From NCBI GenBank assembly GCA_947466585.1, contig CANIEU010000009.1, positions 14,923 through 78,922 on the forward strand: a stretch of DNA of 64,000 nucleotides. The letters are read 5' to 3'. The notes under the pieces were generated by a model that had not been told where the DNA came from, did no database searches, and worked only from the letters and a program-made list of their open reading frames with translations. The stretch comes from Fibrobacterota bacterium (lineage in GTDB: Bacteria; Fibrobacterota; Fibrobacteria; UBA11236). This document shows positions 39,802 to 51,796 of this stretch, piece after piece. Numbering within the stretch: position 1 is the stretch's first letter; each line of letters starts with the position of its first letter. A program made the translations under genes and the position numbers.

Positions 39802-41814
39802 GTGGCCACCTCCGAACTCATCCGTCTTACCGGCGTGGGGCCCAAGCGCCTCGCGGCGCTGCAAGCGGCGGGGATCCAGACCTTTCGCGACTTGGTGTAC
39901 CGGGTGCCGCGCCGCTACGTCGACCGCACGCGGCTGACGCCGATCGCCACGCTGAACGAGGGTGACGACGCCTTCTTCGTGGCCCGTATCGACTCGGTCA
40001 AAACCCCGCCGGGCCGTCTCAACGTCACCGTTTCGGATGAGACGGGCAGCTTCGAACTCGCCTTCTTCAACGCCGCGCAATTCCTGCGTCAAACGCTGCT
40101 CCCCGGCCGCCGCATCTCGGTGGCGGGCGTGGTCAAACGCTTCCGCACCTTGCAGATCGCGCACCCCGAGTGGGAGATTTTGCGGGAGGATCAAGACCCG
40201 CGCGGCGGCTTGCTGCCGTTGTACCCGCTCACCGAGGATTTGGCAGAGACCCGCGCCGAGCACAAGTTGCTGCAAAAGCTCGCCCTCGAAGCCCTCGACA
40301 CTTACGCATTCTCAGATCCGATTCCGTTGCCTGAGCGCACCTTCCTGGGCCTGCGTCCCGAGAAGGACGTCCTCAAAATCCTCCACGCGCCCGAGACCCT
40401 TGCCGATGTGGCCGCCGCGCTCGCCGAGTTGAAGACCCGCGAGCTGTGGCCGCTGTGCAGGGCCCGTGCCGAGGCCCGCCGCCTGCGTCGCACGCGCGGC
40501 AGGGCCTTTCCTTCTACTCCCACCGTTGAAGCGGCAGAGAAGGCCGTACGCGCGGCCTTGCCCTTCACGCTCACCGGCGGGCAGGAAGAGGTGCTTGCCC
40601 AGATTCACGCTGCAATGGGCGGAGGGGAGCAGGGACGAGGCCAGTTCTTCGGATTGCTGCACGGCGATGTGGGTTCGGGTAAAACGGCTGTGGCCTTGCT
40701 CTCTGCCGTGCGCGTGGTTGCGTCGGGATCACAAGTGGCCTTGCTCGCCCCAACCGAAATACTGGCGGTGCAGCATTACCGCAATCTGGAACCGTGGCTC
40801 CGCGCCGCCGGCATCGAGATCGCACTCCTCACGGGAGATACTGCGCCCGCGGACCGTCGCCACATCGAAGCGAAGCTGGCGGACGGAACCTTGCCGATCA
40901 TCGTGGGGACGCACGCCTTGCTCTCCAGCGGCACGGTGTTCAAAGATCTGCGTTATGTGCTGGTGGACGAGCAGCATCGCTTCGGCGTGGAGCAGCGCGC
41001 CCTGCTGACGCAGAAGGGCGTGGAGCCGCACGTGCTCTACCTCTCCGCCACGCCGATCCCGCGTACGTTGGCGCAGTCGCTGTACGGCGATCTCGAGGTA
41101 TTGACCCTGGCCGAAAAACCTGCGGGCCGCCTGCCGGTGAAAACGCGCATCGTGCCCGCCGCCAAGCAGGCGGAGCTGTTGCAGTTCCTCCGGGGCGAGA
41201 CGCTAACGAACAATAATCAGGTTTACTGGGTGGTGCCGCGCATCAGTTCGAGCGGCGAAGAAGAAGATGGTGTTGCCGGAATCGAGAGTGCAGTCAAACG
41301 CTTGAAAGCCGCCGCACCTAAAAACGAATGGAAGGTGGAGTCGGTTCACGGCCGGGTTCCCTCTGCCGATCGGGACCGCATCCTGTCCGCTTTTCGGCGG
41401 GGCGAAATCCACGCCCTGGTGGCGACCACGGTGATCGAGGTGGGCGTGGACGTGCCGGGCGCGAACCTGATGGTGGTGGACGGCGCGGATCGCTTCGGCA
41501 TGGCGCAGTTGCATCAGCTGCGCGGTCGCACGGGGCGCGGCGCGGCGCAGGCGTGGTGCTTTTTACTGGAGCCCTCGCCGCTGGGTTGGAACGAAGACAC
41601 TGAGGCCCGTCTGCGCGATTTCGCCGGTACCGAAGACGGGTTCGCGATTGCGGAGATGGACCTGAAGCGACGCGGTGCGGGCAGCCTCGACGGCAAGCAG
41701 CAAAGCGGGTTCGGCCTGTTGCGCTTTGCGGATATTCTGGAGGATGCGGATTTGATCCGCGAACTCGGCGCGCGCGCGGAGGCGTTCGCCGAGAGGGGCG
41801 TTGCCGGAACTTAA
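39802..41814 (+). CDS. recG: ATP-dependent DNA helicase RecG
   Basis: GDVGSGKT, DEQHRFG, SATPIPRTL, TTVIEVGVD, QLHQLRGR and DGF.IAE.DL motifs. Confidence 0.96.
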   Translation: MATSELIRLTGVGPKRLAALQAAGIQTFRDLVYRVPRRYVDRTRLTPIATLNEGDDAFFVARIDSVKTPPGRLNVTVSDETGSFELAFFNAAQFLRQTLLPGRRISVAGVVKRFRTLQIAHPEWEILREDQDPRGGLLPLYPLTEDLAETRAEHKLLQKLALEALDTYAFSDPIPLPERTFLGLRPEKDVLKILHAPETLADVAAALAELKTRELWPLCRARAEARRLRRTRGRAFPSTPTVEAAEKAVRAALPFTLTGGQEEVLAQIHAAMGGGEQGRGQFFGLLHGDVGSGKTAVALLSAVRVVASGSQVALLAPTEILAVQHYRNLEPWLRAAGIEIALLTGDTAPADRRHIEAKLADGTLPIIVGTHALLSSGTVFKDLRYVLVDEQHRFGVEQRALLTQKGVEPHVLYLSATPIPRTLAQSLYGDLEVLTLAEKPAGRLPVKTRIVPAAKQAELLQFLRGETLTNNNQVYWVVPRISSSGEEEDGVAGIESAVKRLKAAAPKNEWKVESVHGRVPSADRDRILSAFRRGEIHALVATTVIEVGVDVPGANLMVVDGADRFGMAQLHQLRGRTGRGAAQAWCFLLEPSPLGWNEDTEARLRDFAGTEDGFAIAEMDLKRRGAGSLDGKQQSGFGLLRFADILEDADLIRELGARAEAFAERGVAGT

Positions 41815-41972
41815 ACCTTGGCGTCGACCTTGGGCGTAAGCTGGATGACGCCGGTGGGCGTTCCGTAGAGTTCCAAGAGGGTCGGGGGGGCTTCGACGAC
41901 GACTTCGGGTTCGGGGGTCTGGAGCGCTTTGGCGGCGGCTTCGTTGCTTTTGATGTTGTCTTTGTGGGCCAT
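41811..41972 (-). CDS. Possible 53-aa small protein (MAHKDNIKSN...)
   Basis: ATG 41972, GC3-rich genome-typical codons, convergent with recG. Confidence 0.45.
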   Translation of the reverse strand: MAHKDNIKSNEAAAKALQTPEPEVVVEAPPTLLELYGTPTGVIQLTPKVDAKV

Positions 41973-42101
41973 GGTACGTCTTTGGTGACGGGAGCAAGAT
42001 TGCACCCGCGAGGGACTCGCGAAGGATGCAAAATGCGCGGGTCCATAACGGTTTGCTGCGAAAATACCGGCTTTAAATGACGGGATTGTTCAAAAGGCGC
42101 C

Positions 42102-43219
42102 TTATCCTTTTGGTTGAGGTTGCTTGAGGTGCTGGAGTTCGCGCTTTAGTTCCCGCATAAGTTCCCGTTTCAATTCGGCTTCGGTAGGGAGGTGGAGCTT
42201 GTATCGACTGGCAAATATTTTTTGGGCCTTTTCATTTCCGAGCGTATACCGGACGACAGCGTCATTCTTATCGGTACAGAGTAAGAGCCCTAAGGTGGGC
42301 TGGTCTGTACCACATCGGCGCTTTTGGTCGAAGTAGTTGACATAAAGCTGCATCTGTCCCAAATCTTGGTGCGTGAGCTTTCCCGTTTTGAGATCGATGA
42401 TCACGAAGCACTTGAGCACGGTGTGGTAGAAGACGAGATCGATGTAAAAATGGTCGCCGTCCAACGTGATGCGCTCCTGCCTAGAGATGAATGCGAACCC
42501 ACGTCCCAATTCAAATAGAAACGACTGAAGGTTGCTGATAAGGCCCGATTCCAGTCCTGATTCTACGAGCCTTGGGGATTCGGGTAAGCCGAGGAATTCG
42601 ATTACGATCGGGTCTTTGAATACATCACCAGCAGACTTGTTTCCTGACCTTTTTGGGCGAGTCTCAAGAGACCTTTTTTGTCTTTGCTGAGCGCGAGTCG
42701 TTCATAGAGTAATCTGTTGATTTGACGTTCGAGTTCGCGTGCGGACCAGTTGTTTCGAGTCGCTTCGATTTCGTAGAAGGAACGTCCCTGTGGGTTGTCC
42801 ACCCTTAAGAGGTTTCGATAGTGGGTCCAGGAGAGGCCTAGGTTAATCTCACCGTGTTGAAAAGAATTTCCACTCACTGCGTGGAAATTCTCTCCCTCTT
42901 TGATCAGCCTTGGATAGGTTTGATAAAATTGTTTCATGTAGGCGAGATTCTGTGGCGAGTACCCAGGGCCCAGATCTTTCGTCATTCTTTTTGAAAGTTG
43001 TCGGATAAGGCCTCTTCCATATTCGGCCCGTCCGTTGCCTTTTTGTTCTTCTTCTACGATTTCGCGACCTACAAGCCAAAAGGCAATGACCTGCGCACTG
43101 TTCACAGAACGGGCAGCAGTGTCCCTTGCTTTTTCGAGTATTCCCAGAATCCTTTTGTAAAAGCCGGGTTTTCCGCGATTCGTTTTAGGCCCGACAATAG
43201 TGTGGGATTTGGTCAGCAT
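42102..43219 (-). pseudogene. YhcG / DUF1016 PD-(D/E)xK nuclease family gene with a 1-nt frameshift near 42640
   Basis: N-half (W.VG..IVEEEQ.G..RAEYG, LSWTHY, WS.RELERQI) continues in another frame as DVFKDPIVIEFLGL...ELGRGFAF...IDLK...GQMQLYVNY. Confidence 0.85.
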
Positions 43220-43497
43220 AGGCTTCCTTTGTCAGAAGAAGCCTGAGAAGTTGATTTTTGGCGGTCTTAAATGCGAGTGACGATGGGTGCAATTTGAAGG
43301 GGAATAATGGGAACCTAAAAGAGGTCTGAAAATCGAGACGAAATGATTTGTCGCCGTTATCGAATTTCGGGTTTTGCCTTTCGAGGCGGTTTACAGGGAA
43401 TGTTCTGTGCCTAAGTTCGAGATGGTCAGGATGATCGATCTGATTTGTAATCCGGTTTCACCCAACGGTTCCATGGACTCGAACAAAGGAGACTCCA

Positions 43498-43656
43498 ATG
43501 CCCAAGCGTCGCACCCACCGGTATTTGATGATTACCTGCATGATCGCTCTCGCGTTGATTACGGCGGAGACGGCTCATCTTGAGGGTGCACAGGACCGGG
43601 CTCCGGCTTCGGCGCCGGTGGTGTTTGAGCATGCCCTGATGGCCAGTAACAGCTAG
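43498..43656 (+). CDS. 52-aa peptide with signal-peptide-like N-terminus (absent from the ORF track)
   Basis: AAAGGAGA RBS just upstream; MPKRRTHRYLMITCMIALALITAETAHLEG... Confidence 0.55.
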   Translation: MPKRRTHRYLMITCMIALALITAETAHLEGAQDRAPASAPVVFEHALMASNS

Positions 43657-43921
43657 TTGCGGGCCTTTGGAATGTTATCGGAATTGGGATTTGGATTCGA
43701 TCTGGCGGCTACGGTTTTTTCAGCACGAACCGCCCGGTCTTTTTGCCACCGACACGTTCTATCCAAAGGATCTGAACACAGCCGTGGGCTATTTCATAAG
43801 TAAAGCATATGGAAATTCATAAGTAAAGCGCAAGAGATGGTCGAGCCGATGTGGGTCGGCTCAAGGTCCGGCGTGCGGTGGGGTTAAGTCTGTGTGCCTG
43901 CGGCACGGATGGCCCTACTCC

Positions 43922-45796
43922 TCAGGTACTTTGGTTTTTTATTGAAAGTCTGGACTTGAAATAATCCCTTGTTTCGGAATCTGTGAAGTACACATAGCAG
44001 CCCTTTTGCCCACGCGTCATAAGCGTGCGGTAGGTATTCTTGATGATCAGGTCGGTCTGAATGGCCGTTGCAATTGGGTTTTCCCTCGACCGTTTCTTCC
44101 AACCGAACACCGACTTGTCGCCCCGTGCTCGTTTTGATGGATCAGTAACAACCTTGCCGTCACGGACAATTAGGTCGGGTCCTACGATGACTCCGACATA
44201 GTCGATTTCGAGGCCTTGGCAGGTGTGTATGCAGCCCACTTCGCTGACGGAATTTTTTTGAATGATCCAAGCCTGCCCGTGTTCATTAAGATTCCAAGTG
44301 GCGGCATATTCGCCGATATGGATATCCTTTTTTTCTGGATTATTCTTGCTGACCCATTCCCAGCAATACCCTGCAACAATGCGGGCTTTATTCTTCTCTT
44401 CGTTTTTGTATTTAATGAAATCGTGAAGAGCCTCTGGGTCATCAAACACCTTGAAGTCGTATTCGAGATCGGTAAGATCCGTGTTCGCGGTTTCTCGCAC
44501 CTGGAGCATGTTGTCGAGCCACGCGAGGTAACCATCGGAACCATTGCAGCGGAATTGGGATTCAAGCTGAAGCTCCGTAACTTCGGCTCCGGCTGCATTG
44601 GCAAACGTCCGAATTTGATTCATATCCCCGATATCTTCGAGGGTGACTCGTTGGTCTTCATCGAGAAAGAAAATGGCACAATTCGAGGCGTTGATGATTT
44701 CCATTACCTGATTTTCGCCCAGGTGTTTAAACATTCCGGATTTGAGATTCAACCTATGGGCTTCATCGACGATTAATGTGTCGTATGCGGACCGTTCAAG
44801 CGCGTGAAAACTTCCAGATCCACTGAAAAGTCCGGCAATGCGGTTCTTGCGCATTGTACCCGCGAGTTTGGCTTCATATACCAATCGGGGGGCAGAGTTT
44901 CGGGTGACGTAGAGCGCGTTGTGTTCGCGTTTACTCGTGAGCTCAACGAGTAGGTTGATTGCGAGAACCGATTTACCCGTTCCGGGGCCACCCTGAATAA
45001 TGAGAACTTTTTTGTGGGAGGGGGTGGCCAGCATGGCAAGGCGCAGGGCATGCTGGTAGGCGACTTTCTGGTCGTCGATCATGACGAACTCAGCGTTGCC
45101 TGAAAGCATGCCGGCGATGTGGTCGGCAAGGCCTTTGGAGGGCCGGATTCTGCCGTGTTCAATGCGGGTCATGATCCGGCTATCGTCGCCATGTTTGATG
45201 CGTTCGCCGATATAACCGCGGAGCTTTAAAGCGTCGGGCTTTAAGAATAAGGGGGCGCGCTCGATGTGTTCGGCGTAGCGATCATTCCGAATGACCTCAT
45301 CTGGTGCGTAGTTGTGCAAATATGCGCAGGGATGAAGCTGGATGGCGTCTTCTTCGACGGTGGCATTGTAATCCTCTAAGAGCCGTTTATACGACCAAGC
45401 CTGATAAGAGGGGTGGGTGAGTTCCCGTTCTCCTTTGCCTACAAAGGTGGTGACGACGGCATCAAGTTCGGTGATCCCTGCTGTTTGCCACTGTTTGAGT
45501 TCAATGAGTACCACGCTTTCTTGGCATTCGCCGTCGCGCCCGGTGATGATGAAGTCGATGCGCTTGGAAGACCGGGGAATGTGGTATTCAATGGCGACAC
45601 CGGAGTCTTTGGCGATTTCGTCGGTGGCGAGGACTCGCTCCATGTGTTGGAGCGAGTTGGCCCAGGAGCGGATTTCTGCGGCTCCGACTTTGTGGCCGCC
45701 GGTGGCCTTTTTGAAGGCGTCCAGAATGATGTTTTCGATGTCGTTACTCAAGACATCGATTTGGAATTGTTCCTTGGTCGCGGAGTAGACGATCAT
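43922..45796 (-). CDS. DUF2075 family protein: PD-(D/E)xK-like N-terminus plus SF1-like helicase/ATPase
   Basis: IEY...RIDF...IELKQW; GGPGTGKS, IVDEAHRL, QFRC, HTCQGLE.DYVGV and Y..LMTRG motifs. Confidence 0.88.
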   Translation of the reverse strand: MIVYSATKEQFQIDVLSNDIENIILDAFKKATGGHKVGAAEIRSWANSLQHMERVLATDEIAKDSGVAIEYHIPRSSKRIDFIITGRDGECQESVVLIELKQWQTAGITELDAVVTTFVGKGERELTHPSYQAWSYKRLLEDYNATVEEDAIQLHPCAYLHNYAPDEVIRNDRYAEHIERAPLFLKPDALKLRGYIGERIKHGDDSRIMTRIEHGRIRPSKGLADHIAGMLSGNAEFVMIDDQKVAYQHALRLAMLATPSHKKVLIIQGGPGTGKSVLAINLLVELTSKREHNALYVTRNSAPRLVYEAKLAGTMRKNRIAGLFSGSGSFHALERSAYDTLIVDEAHRLNLKSGMFKHLGENQVMEIINASNCAIFFLDEDQRVTLEDIGDMNQIRTFANAAGAEVTELQLESQFRCNGSDGYLAWLDNMLQVRETANTDLTDLEYDFKVFDDPEALHDFIKYKNEEKNKARIVAGYCWEWVSKNNPEKKDIHIGEYAATWNLNEHGQAWIIQKNSVSEVGCIHTCQGLEIDYVGVIVGPDLIVRDGKVVTDPSKRARGDKSVFGWKKRSRENPIATAIQTDLIIKNTYRTLMTRGQKGCYVYFTDSETRDYFKSRLSIKNQST

Positions 45797-46140
45797 AGCT
45801 CGGTGTATTTGGCGGAACTGCCCTTGGCTTTGTCAATCGGGTACTTGGCCTCGTTTTCAACCATCTTTTGCTCAAGGGCGGCCATGAGGTCGATGCCATG
45901 CTTGTCGGCGAGCATGAGGGTCCAGTAGAAGACATCGGCAAGCTCGGCGGCGAGTTTGTCCTCGGACCCGGGTTTGATCTGGTTGTCTTGAGTCCACTGG
46001 AAGAGCTCTAGGACCTCGGAGGCTTCGAGCTGGAGGCTGATGGCCAGATTTTTTGAATCGTGAAATTGTGACCAGTCCCGGGCTTCACAAAACTTCCGGA
46101 TTTTGCCGATGATCACACTTAATTGCGCAGAAGTTCCCAT
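45793..46140 (-). CDS. MazG-like nucleotide pyrophosphohydrolase
   Basis: RDWSQFH..KNLA....EASE.LE.FQW, ELADV and K...N..KYP motifs; ATGA overlap with the DUF2075 gene. Confidence 0.9.
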   Translation of the reverse strand: MGTSAQLSVIIGKIRKFCEARDWSQFHDSKNLAISLQLEASEVLELFQWTQDNQIKPGSEDKLAAELADVFYWTLMLADKHGIDLMAALEQKMVENEAKYPIDKAKGSSAKYTEL

Positions 46141-46359
46141 GGGGTGAAGTTTAGCATCACAGTGGAATAAAAGTGTGACACCAGAAAAGGACTCCCCCTT
46201 CGATCGAATCACACGCCTACAACTTACTGACCCACCCCACATCCACCTCACCGCCGCATCCCCAACGAAACCCGAAACCCGCGTTCCCACACCGAACCCG
46301 ACTCAAACAAAAATCAAACGCCTACCCATAACCCTCCCTGATGAAACCTTTGCAAACCT

Positions 46360-46402
46360 ATGACACAGCTGTGATACTCCACCTCTCCGCACCCCGTATA
46401 TT
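46360..46402 (+). promoter_or_regulatory. Candidate promoter: ATGACAC-N4-GTGATAC direct repeat, 19 nt, TATATT (-10)
   Basis: Same layout and spacing as 48014-48056. Confidence 0.6.
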
Positions 46403-46407
46403 CCCCA

Positions 46408-46542
46408 TGTCGACAACACGTCGCAACCCGGACGGCCGGATCAGTAGGGGGGACCCTCCCAACGATTCAGGACGAGAAACAGAGGTCCCTGCGGCGGGGG
46501 TAAAGCAAGAGCGGTTCGCAATACAGCGGACCGCCCTTTTCT
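46408..46542 (+). ncRNA. Candidate structured small RNA, copy 1
   Basis: CGTCGCA/TGCGGCG and ACC/GGT stems enclosing CGGACGG + ACGAGAAACA, an inner hairpin, then a terminator (GCGGTTCGC/GCGGACCGC, TTTT); paralogous to 48062-48194. Confidence 0.65.
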
Positions 46543-46564
46543 ATTGACCAAATCCTATCGGCCA

Positions 46565-46599
46565 CAAAAAAAACGAGCCCCCGAGGGAGGACTCGTTTT
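46565..46599 (-). terminator. Terminator for the minus-strand gene ending at 46714
   Basis: AAAACGAG...CTCGTTTT hairpin preceded by an A9 run (T9 on the minus strand). Confidence 0.7.
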
Positions 46600-46713
46600 G
46601 CAATCAGGGCCACGGGTTAATCACCACCCGAGACCCTCACTACGCCCTACAAAAACAGCTTACTTCAAGACTCCGCCTACGGCGGACTTCGGGCCTTCGG
46701 CCCTCAGCATCAC

Positions 46714-47525
46714 TTATTTGAGGACCATTACGGCCAGCGGCGAACCGGTGTGTTGGCGGTTGTGCAGATAATAGCCCCGGTTGTAATCCAGGTACACATC
46801 ATCCGACGAATGCCACTTCGTGTTCCAGTTTTCCGGATACGGATCCACGATCACGAACTCATCGCCCTCATGCTTGAAATGCGCATAGCCGTCGATCATC
46901 GTCGGCTCGTCGCCGATGCGGAAATCATGCGCCACGGTGTAGTACTTCTCATAGGCCGGCTGCGTAATGAAAGCGCCGCCGTAACCGCCGCGTGGGTCCA
47001 GGTCGAACGATCCCGCTTCCAGTTCTTGGAGCGCGCATTGTTCCAATCCTTACCACCCTGCCAGGTACCGGTCTGGCGCCACATGCGTTCGTCTTGCCAC
47101 TTCTTCGCATCCTCATCCGAACGAACGGGATGATCCTCGTGATGCGTATGCCCCTTCATGGTGGCGTTCACGTGGGTCATCTTGTTCTTGGAGCCCGGGC
47201 CCTTGGTGCCGGCGGCAGCTTCCATTCGGTGCTCATGACGCCAGCGCATTTCGGCATCGCGACGCTCCTGCGCTTCTGCGGAGTCCTTCGGCGGGTGCGC
47301 GTATTCGAACTTGTGACCGGGTTCGTACTTGTCATCCTCCATGCGCTCGGAAGCACTCGTTTTCGGCTTGGCAAAGCTCGGCTGTGTGGTCACCAAGCCA
47401 AGGCCCGCCAACACCAGCAGCGTCATCGTGCCGAGCAAAATCTGCGGCATGGGTGAACGCGTCAGAATATTGGCGGATGAAGGGGAAGGAGGTTTGTTAA
47501 AAGGGGTCGGAATTTTTTGGGTCAT
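46714..47525 (-). pseudogene. Secreted His/Trp/Tyr-rich protein with a 1-nt frameshift near 46993
   Basis: GGAGA RBS, ATG 47525, hydrophobic signal segment; ...RDRSTWT + CA + CGC GGC GGT TAC joins to RGGYGG...DPYPENW...DDVYLDY. Confidence 0.65.
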
Positions 47526-47651
47526 CTGAATCTCCGGGTTATGGGGGTCCATCAATGAACTTGGAACGCCTCCGCGGGCGTAGGGGGTCTTGACCCCAAG
47601 TCCTTCGAAACGACGATGAAGACCGGACGTTGAAAACACAACCTTTGAAAC

Positions 47652-47849
47652 CTACGGCATCGTCTCCATCGATAATCCCGCATCAGAGTGGGGATGGCTC
47701 CGAATAGAATCCTCCACCACGATCGCGAGTACCGCTGAAGCCGTGAGCAACGACAGCAGTACCGCGCCGATGGTCAGCATCGAACGACGCACCCTCAGGC
47801 TATGGAAGGAATGGGCATCTTGGGAAGGCGGTTTCAGGTACAACGGCAT
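47652..47849 (-). CDS. 65-aa single-TM small protein
   Basis: GGAG RBS; RVRR followed by MLTIGAVLLSLLTASAVLAIVV. Confidence 0.55.
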   Translation of the reverse strand: MPLYLKPPSQDAHSFHSLRVRRSMLTIGAVLLSLLTASAVLAIVVEDSIRSHPHSDAGLSMETMP

Positions 47850-48013
47850 GGCGGAACTCCGGGGCAGGGGCGGGCGGAGCTACAAGAGACACCCCGAAAG
47901 ACAGCAAATGAAGGAGGTTTAACCCGGTGTTTTCGAAATTTCCCAAAAAGCGGGAAATTTCGATTACGGCGGGTGAAACCTAGGGAATGTGTGGCCCCAA
48001 CTTTGGCGCAACT

Positions 48014-48056
48014 ATGACACAAATGCGACACTTCGTTACTGGGGGCGCGGTAGATT
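48014..48056 (+). promoter_or_regulatory. Candidate promoter: ATGACAC-N4-GCGACAC direct repeat, 19 nt, TAGATT (-10)
   Basis: Same layout and spacing as 46360-46402; further degenerate units upstream (TTGGCGC, GTGGCCC). Confidence 0.6.
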
Positions 48057-48061
48057 ACAAG

Positions 48062-48194
48062 AAGTCAACCTGCTCTGTACCCCGGACGGATGAACCAAGG
48101 CTCTCTCTCCCCTGAGGTTCAAACGAGAAACAAGGGTCACTGCGGCGCATGATGACAAGGAAGGGGCGGCTCTAGCGGGCTGCCCTTTCTTTTT
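48062..48194 (+). ncRNA. Candidate structured small RNA, copy 2
   Basis: GTCA/TGAC, CTGTA/TGCGG and ACCC/GGGT stems; CGGACGG + ACGAGAAACA loop; TGAACC/GGTTCA inner stem; terminator at 48160-48194. Confidence 0.65.
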
Positions 48195-48475
48195 GGCCTC
48201 CAATCCCGCTGCGCGCCTATTTCCCGTATTGACAAGCACTTACGCGAAGCCCGTCCCCCCGGCAGAACCTCGAACCCGCGCGCGCTCGGGCAGGCAATCG
48301 ATCTGAAGCCGGTTCCGAACAACCCGATGCCTTGTTAATGACGAAAAGAGGGGTAGGGAAGGGCCCTGTAAAGAACTAACTTTCCCCCGGTTTTGCGATT
48401 TTTCGCCCTTTTTTAAGTCTTCCGAAGTCGCTGCTGCAGTCAAATACAAGCTTTAACCGAGAACGGGACCGGTTC

Positions 48476-51709
<3,234 letters not shown>

Positions 51710-51723
51710 CCGGTGGAATCGAT

Positions 51724-51753
51724 TGTAGGGGCGAATGATCCTTCGCCCCTACA
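51724..51753. repeat. GTAG-type REP-like palindrome
   Basis: TGTAGGGGCGAA-N6-TTCGCCCCTACA, perfect 12-bp arms. Confidence 0.75.
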
Positions 51754-51796
51754 CCCCGCGTGGGAACCCGCCCTCATTTTCGTACAATATCCCCTT

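Noticed and set aside
46341..46547. 68-aa (or 46-aa from ATG 46407) ORF over RNA copy 1
   Set aside because: It runs through the terminator and has no counterpart in copy 2; conservation follows structure, not codons.
48048..48160. Hairpin-ribozyme-like words (GGTAGATTAC, AGAAGTCAACC, AGAAACA, TGAC)
   Set aside because: Flanking bases cannot form helices 3 and 4, there is no N/GUC cleavage site after TGAC, and TAGATT is better explained as a -10 box.
51713..51796. Upstream GTG start for the TPR protein
   Set aside because: It spans a REP palindrome; the lipoprotein signal fits ATG 51797.
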